Origin: an uncultured bacterium
Lineage (GTDB): Bacteria; Electryoneota; RPQS01
Length of the DNA stretch: 64,000 nucleotides
NCBI GenBank assembly: GCA_963735175.1
Contig: CAVTJX010000018.1
Span: 132,872 to 196,871 of the forward strand
Direction of reading: 5' to 3'
Every line of letters begins with the position of its first letter. Position 1 is the first letter of the stretch. The translations under genes and the position numbers were made by a program. This document shows positions 1-10,836 of this stretch, piece by piece. The notes under the pieces are model-generated. The model did no database searches and was not told where the DNA came from. It was given only the letters and a program-made list of their open reading frames with translations.

Positions 1-198
1 CGCTGGCCATCGCGCGCAACCTCGGCTATCCCTGCCACAACTTTTACACCGCCAATTTTGACATGACTCAGCACTACCGGCCCACGCAAAACGTGGTGCG
101 GCGACCGACGCAGACGGGCGGCAAGGGCTACGCTTTCACCGGCCACCACGAGATCATGCTACCGCTTCTGGCCGCGGCGCTGACGCAGACCCCATAAA
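1..198 (+). CDS. C-terminal fragment of an unidentified protein (translation ...GYPCHNFYTANFDMTQHYRPTQ...LTQTP*), truncated at the window start
   Basis: Frame 3 is open from the window edge to TAA at 196-198 and runs convergent with lepB. The ORF track omits it because it has no internal Met start. No family was recognised. Confidence 0.25.
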
Positions 199-222
199 GA
201 AACCGGCGGCCAATGCCACCGG
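194..222 (-). terminator. Rho-independent terminator after lepB
   Basis: Hairpin CCGGCGGC-caat-GCCACCGG with one mismatch. An A-run on the plus strand gives a T-run on the minus strand, immediately downstream of the lepB stop. Confidence 0.4.
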
Positions 223-295
223 TTACACGATCTACACCGCCCGGTCCGAGAGGATGCAGGCGGTGTTCTGTTTTCGAATTTACAGCGCAAACAAA

Positions 296-1057
296 TCAGT
301 GAATCATGTGCGCCATCCGCTCCCAGCGGATTTTTTCGTAGAAGCGGTGCAGCGGCACGTTTTTATTCCAACTGAGATAGATGACCAGCGCCTGCCCGAC
401 GATATCATCCTCACTCAGGAAACCCCAGTAACGCGAGTCGGCGCTGTTATCGCGATTGTCACCCATCATGAAATAATGACGCGGCGGCACGGTCAGCGGT
501 CCGAAATTGTCGTGATTCCAGCGCGCGCCCGCCGGAGCAAAGATCCCGCGTTCACGCACATTGGGCGGTAACGGCACGGGGCCGGTGAACTTGGAGTGCG
601 GAGGATTCTGAAACGGTTGTCCGTCGACATACAGCTGGCGGTCACGAATCTCCAACGTCTGTCCCGGCCCGGCCACGCAGCGCTTGATGTAATTCAAACT
701 CGGGTCGAGGGGGTACTTGAAGACGAGGATATCGCCCGGCTTGGGCCGGTTCGTACCGGGAAGGCGGGTCGCAGGCAAATGGAAACCGATCTTCGTGAAC
801 GGCACGCCGATCCAGTCGGGTGTGCGAATACCATAGACGAATTTATTGACCAGCAGGAAATCGCCCACCAGCAGCGTGTCTTCCATCGAGCCGGTGGGGA
901 TGCGGAAGGCTTCCACCGTCGTTACCCGGATGAAAAAAACCATGAGAACGAGCGTGACGATGAATTCCGACCATTCGCGCAGAACGCTTTTCGGGCGTGG
1001 CGTGTCAGCCTTGCGCGGCAGAGGTTCAGTGGTGCTTCTCTCAGCGGGTATGGGCAC
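296..1057 (-). CDS. lepB: Signal peptidase I
   Basis: 253 aa with an N-terminal TM segment, the catalytic serine motif GSMEDTL, and the box E motif GDNRDNSADSRYWGF. Confidence 0.9.
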   Translation of the reverse strand: MPIPAERSTTEPLPRKADTPRPKSVLREWSEFIVTLVLMVFFIRVTTVEAFRIPTGSMEDTLLVGDFLLVNKFVYGIRTPDWIGVPFTKIGFHLPATRLPGTNRPKPGDILVFKYPLDPSLNYIKRCVAGPGQTLEIRDRQLYVDGQPFQNPPHSKFTGPVPLPPNVRERGIFAPAGARWNHDNFGPLTVPPRHYFMMGDNRDNSADSRYWGFLSEDDIVGQALVIYLSWNKNVPLHRFYEKIRWERMAHMIH

Positions 1058-1106
1058 GAATCAAATCCCTCACGTGACGATAATAGTTAGGGCGGCGCGG
1101 CAGCGA

Positions 1107-2900
1107 CTATTCGGCTTTGAGGATCGCCAGGAACGCGTCCTGCGGGATCTCGACATTGCCGATGGCTTTCATCCGCTTTTTGCCGGCTTTTTGTTTTTCC
1201 AGGAGTTTCTTCTTACGCGAGACATCTCCGCCGTAGCATTTCGCCAGTACGTTCTTGCGCATGGCTTTCACCGTGGAACGGGCGATGATCCGCGACCCCA
1301 CGCTGGCCTGGATAGCCACATCGAAGAGTTGGCGGGGGATCAGATTCTCCAGCCGGTCACAAACACGGCGGCCCCAGTCATACGCCTTGTCCTGGTGGAC
1401 GATCACAGACAATGCGTCCACAACCTCGCCGTTTACCAGCACGTCGAGCTTGGTCAGTTCGCTCGGCCGATAGCTGTGGAATTCATAATCCAGCGACGCG
1501 TAACCGCGGGAGACGCTCTTCAATTTATCGTAGAAATCGAATATTATTTCAGCCAGCGGGAATTCGTAATGCAGATTGACACGCTTGGCGTCGACATACT
1601 CCGTATTGAGGTGCATTCCGCGATGCTCAATGGAGAGCTGCATGATCGGCCCGATGTACTCTTCCGGCGTGATGATCGAGGCCCGGATGATCGGTTCTTC
1701 GAGATGGTCATACGTCGTGGGCGAGGGCAGCAGCACGGGATTGTCGACGAGCTTCAGTTCGCCGTCGTTCATAATCGCCCGGTATTCCACTGACGGGATT
1801 GTGCATACAAGGTTCATCCCGTACTCGCGCTCAAGCCGCTCCTGAATGATCTCCATGTGCAGCAAGCCGAGAAACCCGACGCGAAAACCGAAACCGAGCG
1901 CCATGGAGGATTCGGGCTCGTAAAGCAGCGCGGAGTCGTTCAGGCGAAGTTTCGCCAGCGAATCACGCAGCAATTCGTAATCGGCTGTGTCAGCCGGGTA
2001 CAGCCCGGCGTAGACCATCGGCTTCACTTCGCGATAGCCGGGTAGCGGCTCACCGGCGGGCTGGGTGGCGTCGAACATCGTGTCGCCGACGCGAACGTCA
2101 CGCACGTCACGGCAGCCTGTCACGACATAGCCGACTTCGCCCGCCCGCAGGACGTCGCGCTTGATTTGCGCCAGACGCAGGATTCCCACTTCTCCCACAT
2201 CAAACTCTTTTCCACCGGCGGCAAAACGGATGCGCGTCCCGGTTTCCACCTGACCGTCCACGACGCGCACATAAGCGATCGTGCCGCGATAGCTCTCGTA
2301 GAGCGAATCGAAGATCAGCGCTCGCAGCGGAGCCGCGGCGTCGCCTTTCGGCGGCGGCACCAAATCGACTACCGCGCGCAACACGCTTTCGGTGTTCTCG
2401 CCCGTTTTGGCGCTGACCTTCAGCACCTCCTCCTCGCTCACGCCCAGCAGCTCCATCACCTGGTGCGTCACTTCCTCCACGCGCGCCGCCGGCAAGTCGA
2501 TCTTGTTGAGCACGGGAATGATTTCGAGACCCGCGTCCAGCGCGAGATAGAGGTTCGACAGCGTCTGCGCTTCCATTCCCTGCGTGGCGTCCACGACCAG
2601 AATCGCGCCCTCGCAAGCCTTCAGACTGCGCGAGACTTCGTACGTGAAGTCGACATGTCCGGGGGTGTCGATCAGGTTGAGGATGTAGTCTTCGCCGTCC
2701 GTATGCCGGTAATGCATCGTGATCGGATGCATTTTAATGGTGATGCCGCGCTCCTGCTCGAGGTCCATGGAGTCCAGGACCTGTTTGCGCATCTGGCGTG
2801 GATCCAGCGTTTGGGTGAGCTCGAGCAGCCGGTCCGCGAGCGTGGATTTGCCGTGGTCAATATGGGCGACAATACAGAAATTTCGAATGCGCTCGAGCAT
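1107..2900 (-). CDS. lepA: Elongation factor 4 (LepA)
   Basis: 597 aa with the GTPase motifs AHIDHGKST and DTPGH plus a LepA C-terminal domain. It sits in the classic lepA-lepB arrangement. Confidence 0.95.
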   Translation of the reverse strand: MLERIRNFCIVAHIDHGKSTLADRLLELTQTLDPRQMRKQVLDSMDLEQERGITIKMHPITMHYRHTDGEDYILNLIDTPGHVDFTYEVSRSLKACEGAILVVDATQGMEAQTLSNLYLALDAGLEIIPVLNKIDLPAARVEEVTHQVMELLGVSEEEVLKVSAKTGENTESVLRAVVDLVPPPKGDAAAPLRALIFDSLYESYRGTIAYVRVVDGQVETGTRIRFAAGGKEFDVGEVGILRLAQIKRDVLRAGEVGYVVTGCRDVRDVRVGDTMFDATQPAGEPLPGYREVKPMVYAGLYPADTADYELLRDSLAKLRLNDSALLYEPESSMALGFGFRVGFLGLLHMEIIQERLEREYGMNLVCTIPSVEYRAIMNDGELKLVDNPVLLPSPTTYDHLEEPIIRASIITPEEYIGPIMQLSIEHRGMHLNTEYVDAKRVNLHYEFPLAEIIFDFYDKLKSVSRGYASLDYEFHSYRPSELTKLDVLVNGEVVDALSVIVHQDKAYDWGRRVCDRLENLIPRQLFDVAIQASVGSRIIARSTVKAMRKNVLAKCYGGDVSRKKKLLEKQKAGKKRMKAIGNVEIPQDAFLAILKAE

Positions 2901-2933
2901 GAGGTCGTTAATGAGCAGTCTCCCCGGCCGGTT

Positions 2934-3596
2934 TCAGTCTTCCAGCGGCATCACGATCCAAAGAATCAGGTATAAGAGCAGTCCCGCTCCGCCAAAGAAA
3001 AGCAGTACGATCCACAGCAGGCGAATAATCGTCGCGTCGATTCCGATGTAGTCCCCGACACCCGCGCTGATGCCCGCAATCTTGCGGCCGCGCCGCCGAC
3101 GAACGAGGCTGTGACGCAAAAAAGGAGACGCTGTCTCGTGCCCGCCGGCAACAGACGGTTCGATTTCCGGCGTGTGCGGAACAGCGATCACCGGTTCACG
3201 ATTCGAGAAGATAAGGACAAGGCCGAGTGTCACAAGCAACGCCGGCGCAGTAAAGCGCCAGCCGGTCCAGGTGAAGAACACCGGCAGAAACAACGCCATC
3301 AGCGCCAGCATCCCCGCCACTACCAACAGCGCGCCGACGATGATGCGGGAGGACGACCGGCGCGGCTGAACGGAATCGGGGATTCCCGGCAAGCCCGGTT
3401 CCGCGAGTGGCATCAGCAGCCACGCGAAAGCATACAGTACACCGCCACCGATGCCGAACGAAATGATCGTCAACGCCACGTAGACCACTCGTACGACCAC
3501 TGAATCCCAACCCAGATATTCCGCCACTCCGCCGCAGACGCCGCCGAATACGCGGTCCGTCCGCGAACGCGCTAACCGTCTCGCGGGTGTCTCCAT
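2934..3596 (-). CDS. Membrane protein with two PspC domains
   Basis: Two copies of the PspC-type motif, each followed by a TM segment (DRVFGGVCGGVAEYLGWD... and RKIAGISAGVGDYIGID...). The start was chosen at the internal ATG (METPARR...) 10 nt downstream of the greA stop. Confidence 0.65.
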   Translation of the reverse strand: METPARRLARSRTDRVFGGVCGGVAEYLGWDSVVVRVVYVALTIISFGIGGGVLYAFAWLLMPLAEPGLPGIPDSVQPRRSSSRIIVGALLVVAGMLALMALFLPVFFTWTGWRFTAPALLVTLGLVLIFSNREPVIAVPHTPEIEPSVAGGHETASPFLRHSLVRRRRGRKIAGISAGVGDYIGIDATIIRLLWIVLLFFGGAGLLLYLILWIVMPLED

Positions 3597-3606
3597 AGTC
3601 GGATCC

Positions 3607-4098
3607 TTACGTTTGCACCGGCAGGATCTCCAGAATCTTCCAGGTAACCGTACCGGCCGGTATCTGGATTTCCACGGTTTCACCGACCTTGCGCCCCATC
3701 AGCCCCTGTCCCACGGGCGACTGGTGGCTGATCTTGCCCTCCGCAGGATTGGCTTCGGTGGCGGAGACGAGGCTAAATTCACGCTCGCGCTTCTTCTTGC
3801 TATCGAAAATGCGGACGCGGGTGTAGATGCGCACTTGATCGGTGTTCACGCTGGTTTCGTCGACCAGCACCGCCGTCCGCATGATCGCCTCGAGTTGAAA
3901 GATTTTCTGGTCGATGCGCGTCAATTCCTCGCGCGCCGCATGGTATTCCGCATTCTCGGAAAGGTCGCCGTGCGCGCGGGCTGTGGCGAGCTGCTTCACC
4001 ATGGCGGGCCGCTTTTCACTCCGCAGCTCATTAAGCTGCGTGATCAGCTTTTCCATGCCTGCTTTTGTGATATACTGGCTCTCCAAACTCAACTCCAA
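3607..4098 (-). CDS. greA: Transcription elongation factor GreA
   Basis: 163 aa with a GreA coiled-coil N-terminal domain and an FKBP-like C-terminal domain (GDLSENAEYHAAREE). Confidence 0.9.
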   Translation of the reverse strand: MELSLESQYITKAGMEKLITQLNELRSEKRPAMVKQLATARAHGDLSENAEYHAAREELTRIDQKIFQLEAIMRTAVLVDETSVNTDQVRIYTRVRIFDSKKKREREFSLVSATEANPAEGKISHQSPVGQGLMGRKVGETVEIQIPAGTVTWKILEILPVQT

Positions 4099-4102
4099 CT
4101 AT

Positions 4103-5047
4103 CTATGGTTCGCTCTGAAAGTACTCGCCCAGACCACTCGCCAGCCCACGGGCTAAGGAGTGTAGAAATGCATCAGTTTGCAAAAGTTCTTCTTCACGTG
4201 GATCTATGAGATAGGCCGCCTCGACCAGCACCGCCGGGAACGCGGTCGGACGCACCACGGCAAGATTAGCGTAATTCAATCCATCATCCCGAAGATTCGA
4301 GGCAGACAACAGGTGGCGATGAAGGATCTCTGCCGCCGGCCGCGACGCGCTCTGATAATAATAAGTGCCACTGCCGTGGCGAATGCAGGGATTCTCGCTG
4401 TCGGGCAGCGCGTTGCCGTGGAGACTGATGAAAAAATCGGGTGCTGTTTGGCGGGCGATGTCGATGCGCGAGTACAGGTCGAGGTTCGTATCGGCCGTAC
4501 GCGTCAGTCGCACCCGCGCATCGCGCTGTTCGAGTTCCGCTTTTAGAAACAGGGCGAGGCGGAGGGTAACATCCCGTTCCAGCGTACCGAGTGGACCGAT
4601 CGCGCCGTCTGAATCTCCGCCATGTCCCGGATCGACGACAATGGTCTTACCCTTCAATCCGCGCTCGCGCTTAGGTTCCGGAGCGCGGATTGCGACTCGC
4701 AGGCTGTCATTTTCCCACCCGATTTCATAACCCTGCCAAATGGGAGCCGCACAGCGGAATTCCAGCTTCACGGCATTCGGCTGTTGTTGCCAGACGATTT
4801 CGCGCAGAAAACCGTCGTCTACGCTATATGAAATGCGATCAATGGCTGCGCGCGTTCCGTAGACCGTGACCGAGAGGGATCGATGGTCGGGACTCAATTC
4901 GGAAGTCCATACGGCGGCGCGCGGCAGCGCTATCGCACAATGGGAATCCCGTCCGTCGGATCCACACACACCGCGACCCAGCAGAGTATAAGTCAGTGTC
5001 GAATCCAGGAGTCGAGCGTCACAAAACGGTCTTCGATTACACTCCAC
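4103..5047 (-). CDS. N-acetylmuramoyl-L-alanine amidase (Amidase_3 family) with an AMIN-like N-terminal region
   Basis: Amidase_3 catalytic motifs IVVDPGHGG and ISLHGNA. The ORF lacks a signal peptide and overlaps the upstream ORF by 55 nt in another frame. Confidence 0.8.
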   Translation of the reverse strand: MECNRRPFCDARLLDSTLTYTLLGRGVCGSDGRDSHCAIALPRAAVWTSELSPDHRSLSVTVYGTRAAIDRISYSVDDGFLREIVWQQQPNAVKLEFRCAAPIWQGYEIGWENDSLRVAIRAPEPKRERGLKGKTIVVDPGHGGDSDGAIGPLGTLERDVTLRLALFLKAELEQRDARVRLTRTADTNLDLYSRIDIARQTAPDFFISLHGNALPDSENPCIRHGSGTYYYQSASRPAAEILHRHLLSASNLRDDGLNYANLAVVRPTAFPAVLVEAAYLIDPREEELLQTDAFLHSLARGLASGLGEYFQSEP

Positions 5048-5571
5048 AAACCGGCACCCAGGTCAATGCGATAGAAACCGTTTTCGTGACTAATTGCGAG
5101 CAGGGAGCAACCGGAATCGGGGAAGAGAAAATAGCCACCGCTGACAGCCGTGCGCGCATGAGCATTGGGAACCGCCACGCGCAGCACACGGGGATAACGA
5201 ATAGCCGACAACGAATCCGGCGCAATCGCCGCAACAGTGTCTGGCGCCAATCCATAGGGAAAGCGCAGCGAAGCAATCTCGCTGCCGCCGCGGCGGAGGC
5301 TTAATTGCCAGGCGCGGTGCGTACTATCTTTAACCAACGGCAGCCACGCCAGAAACGCGCCGCGTGCCGTTAGCGGGACGGCAACATTATTGATGAATAG
5401 TTCACCACGTGGCGGTTCCACACGACCCAAGACGAAAGTGGAATCGAGCGTTGCGGGATAGGTGTAAACCTGGCCCGCTTCGGCACGCGGATACACCAGC
5501 GTGATTTGCTGCGCGGAGGCCGGCAGCGCAAACCACAGCACCCACACGAAAACGAGGAGTGTCGCTTTCAC
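4993..5571 (-). CDS. Secreted hypothetical protein; may be the N-terminal part of the downstream amidase
   Basis: Clear signal peptide MKATLLVFVWVLWFALPASAQQ. The 55-nt overlap with the amidase ORF, which has no signal peptide, suggests one gene split by a frame change near 5000-5050. Confidence 0.4.
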   Translation of the reverse strand: MKATLLVFVWVLWFALPASAQQITLVYPRAEAGQVYTYPATLDSTFVLGRVEPPRGELFINNVAVPLTARGAFLAWLPLVKDSTHRAWQLSLRRGGSEIASLRFPYGLAPDTVAAIAPDSLSAIRYPRVLRVAVPNAHARTAVSGGYFLFPDSGCSLLAISHENGFYRIDLGAGLWSVIEDRFVTLDSWIRH

Positions 5572-6338
5572 TGCTGCTCCGCGATCAGCCGGATACCCTC
5601 GAGCACGAGGTCAGGTTCGACGGCGTGAATACTCGGACAATGCGGCTTCAGGATGTCGGAGAATCCGCCCGTGGCCACAACCGTTAAATGGCCGTCTAGC
5701 GTCGCCGCAATCCTCGCGATTATTCCTTCAATCATATCGACGGCGCCGAAGAAAACACCGGACTGAATTGCGCTCTGCGTCGTCCGGCCAACCACTTCGG
5801 CAGGGGCAACCAGTTCGACCCGCGGCAGCAGTGCAGCCGTGCGATGCAACGACTCGATTGCCGTAATTAATCCCGGCGCGATCAACCCGCCGCGATAAAC
5901 GCCGTCCGCGCTGACCACGTCGAATACGGTGGCCGTACCCAAATCGACGACGACCAGCGGGCCGCCATACTTCTCAAACGCCGCCACCGCGCCGCATAAA
6001 CGGTCCGCGCCGACGGAAGACGGCGGGTCGTAATCAATGCGTAAGCGATGGACTTTTTCCCAGGTGATGACCAGCGGCGCCAGCTTCAGGCGGTGTCGTG
6101 TCATCAGTGCATATGCCGCCGTCAGTTCGGGTACCACCGACGAAATCGCCACGGAATCCACGGTGCGCACGTCGATATTCGCGCTCTGCAAAAACTGGCG
6201 CAGGAAGATCCAAAGTTCATCGCCGGTTCGTGCAACGCGTGTGGCCATGCGCCAATGCTCGGCAAGGGTCCCACCGTCAAACAGACCGAGCGTCGTATGC
6301 GTGTTGCCAGCGTCCACCGCCAACAGTCGGCCGCTCAC
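5568..6338 (-). CDS. coaX: Type III pantothenate kinase
   Basis: 256 aa with the ASKHA fold motifs LAVDAGNTHT and DLGTATVFD. Its start overlaps the birA stop in an ATGA arrangement. Confidence 0.85.
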   Translation of the reverse strand: MSGRLLAVDAGNTHTTLGLFDGGTLAEHWRMATRVARTGDELWIFLRQFLQSANIDVRTVDSVAISSVVPELTAAYALMTRHRLKLAPLVITWEKVHRLRIDYDPPSSVGADRLCGAVAAFEKYGGPLVVVDLGTATVFDVVSADGVYRGGLIAPGLITAIESLHRTAALLPRVELVAPAEVVGRTTQSAIQSGVFFGAVDMIEGIIARIAATLDGHLTVVATGGFSDILKPHCPSIHAVEPDLVLEGIRLIAEQQ

Positions 6339-7116
6339 AGTTCGATCTCCCCCGTGAATATTTCGTGAGTTCTGCCCGCTTCGTCCCGCAGTAAAAGCTG
6401 ACCGCTGTCGCCCAGTCCGAGGAAGTGGCCGGAAAGTGTATGATCACCCTCGCGGCGTGTCAGCCACGCCTCTTTCGGCGGGCCAAAACGCTCCCAGCGC
6501 GAACGCAGCGCTGTGTACTTACCCTCCAGAAACAGGTCGAAAAGTAATTCCCAACCCGCAAGGATTTCGGCCAAAAGCGACTCGCGAGTGATCAGTTCAC
6601 CGGTCTCCGTCGCGATAGATGTCGCGGTTGCGCGCAGCTCGGCAGGGAGACTCTCGGCACGCAAGTTAACGTTGACTCCCATACCGACAACGGAGATAGC
6701 GTGCGCTCCCTGCAACGTCGTCTGCCCGAGAATCCCCGCGACCTTGCGGCCGTTCAGTAGCACATCGTTGGGCCACTTGACGGAAACGTGTACCGCTTCT
6801 CCCCAGTGGGCAAACAGTACTTCCGCCAACGCAGTCGCCGGAATCAAGCTCTGAAAGCCCGCGCCGGATTCGGTCACCGGATAACGCAGCAATACCGAAA
6901 AGAGCAACGAACCACGGGGCTCGTCAAACCACACGCGTGCAAAACGGCCGCGGCCCAGCGTCTGATGCCCGGCAATCGCGACACCTCCCGACATTGTGAA
7001 CTGCTCCGCATTCTCCGCCAGCCAGCGATTGGTGGAATCGACCTCTTCGAGCCACGCATATTCATGTCCGAAGCGGCGGGTTGTCAGATGGCGCAGGAAG
7101 AGTTTCGCATCCCACA

Positions 7117-7117
<1 letters not shown>
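6335..7117 (-). CDS. birA: Biotin--[acetyl-CoA-carboxylase] ligase
   Basis: BPL catalytic core with the GRGRFAR motif. I trimmed the start to the ATG overlapping the mcm stop (TAATG). The gene follows directly after the BCCP and mutase genes. Confidence 0.8.
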
Positions 7118-8804
<1,687 letters not shown>

Positions 8805-8808
<4 letters not shown>

Positions 8809-9306
8809 TCGAGCACCATCAGCAAATCGCCCTTCTCCACCGGCTGCCCCTGCTTCACGTGCAGTTGGCGGACGATGCCGTCGAACGGGCGAACGAATCT
8901 CATTTTCCATTTTCATGGCTTCCAGAATCAGCACCGCGTCGCCTTTATACACCTGTTTCCCGGCAATCACCGGTACACGGAGCACTAACCCCGGCATGGA
9001 GGCGCGGATCTCGGCATGATGATGCACCTCAGAACCGGCGTGCGAGATCCGTTTCAACAGACGGTCGCGTTCCGTCTCGAATTCCACCGGAAATTCGCGT
9101 CCGTGCAGGGAAATGTAGCTTTCACGCGGGCTGTAATCGAGCACGGCGTGCAAAACGCAGCCGTCGCGATGAAATGAAAGGCCACCCCGGGTATCCAGCG
9201 CCACTGCGTCGAGTTGCAGCGGACGACCGTTGACCAGTACGCGCTCCGAATCAAATTCTACGTTATATTCGCGATCCGCGATGCGGACCGTCAGCCATCG
9301 AGCCAT
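8805..9306 (-). CDS. accB: Biotin carboxyl carrier protein (BCCP), interrupted by a single-nt insertion near 8890
   Basis: The N-terminal part in the tracked frame carries the biotinylation motif EAMKMENEI. Removing one extra C, the translation past the insertion gives the canonical BCCP tail ...[28 protein letters not shown] with TGA at 8805-8807. A GGAG lies 7 nt upstream of the ATG at 9306. Confidence 0.7.
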
Positions 9307-9324
9307 AGGGTACTCCGGTTATAC

Positions 9325-10836
9325 TCAGCGGAGAGTGCGTTTGTGTCCGCGGGCGCGCCAGCCCGACTCCCTGACCGTCTCGTCGTGGGCTTTCGCCCCA
9401 CCCGGGGTATCCTGCACCTGCAGAATCGCGCGGGCAATCGCCGCCGCCAGCAGCGGTTCATCCTCCACCGTGCACTGCAACTCGGCCAGGTAACTATCCA
9501 GGAGCGTGGTATCGGCCGAACGCGTGTGGAATGCGCCCTTGGCAAAGGCGGCGCTCTCCAGAATATGACGGCAAAACGGAATGTTTGTCCGGACACCGGC
9601 GATTTCATATTCGCGCAGCGCCCGGATCATCCGCTGCCGCGCGATATCCCGCGTTTCCGCGTACGATATAAGCTTGGAGATCATCGGATCATAGAAGCGC
9701 GAAATCTCTGCGCCCTCGCGCATGCCACTGTCCTCGCGCAGTCCCGGTCCCTGGGCGGGCCGCAGCCTTTTCAGTACGCCCGTCGAAGGCAGGAATCCGC
9801 CGGGAACGTCTTCGGCGTAGATCCGGACCTCGATTGCGTGACCGCGACTCTGGATTTGTTCCTGATTCAGCGGCAGCTTTTCGCCGGAGGCAATCTGAAG
9901 CTGCAGGCGCACAATATCAAGCCCGGTCACCTGCTCGGTGACGGGATGTTCGACTTGTAGCCGCGTGTTCATCTCCAGAAAGTAAAACTTGCCATTGGGA
10001 TCGAGCAACATCTCCACCGTGCCGGCATTCACGTAGCCGCTGGCCCGGACCGCGGCAATCGCGGTTTCACCCATCTTCGCACGCAACTCGGGCGTAACAG
10101 CCACCGACGGCGATTCCTCGATGATCTTCTGGTGCCGCCGTTGCAGCGAGCATTCGCGCTCGCCGAGATGAACGGCGTTGCCGTGGGTGTCTGCCAGAAT
10201 CTGGATCTCGATGTGCCGCGGGCGTTCGAGGTACTTTTCGGCATAAATCGCGTGATCGCCGAAAGCCCCCAAAGCCTCACGCTGTGCCGCTTCGATCGCA
10301 TTCCACATTTCGCCGCGCGATTTCACGACCCGCATACCCTTGCCGCCACCGCCCGATACCGCCTTCAGCAGAATCGGATACCCCACGTGCTTGGCAAAGA
10401 CTTCGCCGTCCACCGCCGTACGCAGCGGGCCGTCGCTGCCGGGAAGCACGGGGACGCCGGCTTTAATCATTCGCGCGCGCGCGCCGGTCTTCGATCCCAT
10501 CGCGGCAATCGCTGCGGGCGGAGGACCGATCCAGATCACTCCGGCCTCGACGACTGCCTGCGCGAAGGCTTCGTTCTCCGCCAGAAAGCCATAGCCGGGA
10601 TGAATCGCTTGAGCCTCGGTGCGTTTCGCGACTTCGAGAATTCGCGGCGCGCAGAGGTAACTTTCCGTGGCCGGTGCGGGGCCGATACAATGCGCTTCGT
10701 CCATCACATCGGTATGCAGCGCGCCGCGATCCGCCTCGGAATAGACGGCGATAGTGCGAATGCCCATTTCGCGGCAGGTGCGCGCGATGCGTACCGCGAT
10801 TTCGCCGCGATTGGCGATTAAAACGCTTTTAATCAC
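9325..10836 (-). CDS. accC: Biotin carboxylase (acetyl/propionyl-CoA carboxylase biotin carboxylase subunit)
   Basis: 503 aa with an ATP-grasp fold; N-terminus KVLIANRGEIAVRI-like. Two in-frame stops (TGA, TAA) separate it from accB. Confidence 0.9.
   Translation of the reverse strand: MIKSVLIANRGEIAVRIARTCREMGIRTIAVYSEADRGALHTDVMDEAHCIGPAPATESYLCAPRILEVAKRTEAQAIHPGYGFLAENEAFAQAVVEAGVIWIGPPPAAIAAMGSKTGARARMIKAGVPVLPGSDGPLRTAVDGEVFAKHVGYPILLKAVSGGGGKGMRVVKSRGEMWNAIEAAQREALGAFGDHAIYAEKYLERPRHIEIQILADTHGNAVHLGERECSLQRRHQKIIEESPSVAVTPELRAKMGETAIAAVRASGYVNAGTVEMLLDPNGKFYFLEMNTRLQVEHPVTEQVTGLDIVRLQLQIASGEKLPLNQEQIQSRGHAIEVRIYAEDVPGGFLPSTGVLKRLRPAQGPGLREDSGMREGAEISRFYDPMISKLISYAETRDIARQRMIRALREYEIAGVRTNIPFCRHILESAAFAKGAFHTRSADTTLLDSYLAELQCTVEDEPLLAAAIARAILQVQDTPGGAKAHDETVRESGWRARGHKRTLR

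Noticed and set aside
254-571. 105-aa plus-strand ORF
   Set aside because: It is entirely antisense to lepB, which is well supported. It is R/A/P-rich, as antisense frames of a high-GC gene usually are.
846-1793. 315-aa plus-strand ORF spanning the lepB/lepA junction
   Set aside because: Antisense to two conserved genes with no recognisable domain; high-GC open-frame artefact.
2166-2975. 269-aa plus-strand ORF
   Set aside because: Antisense to lepA, with R/H-rich low-complexity composition.
10132-10821. 229-aa plus-strand ORF
   Set aside because: Antisense to accC.
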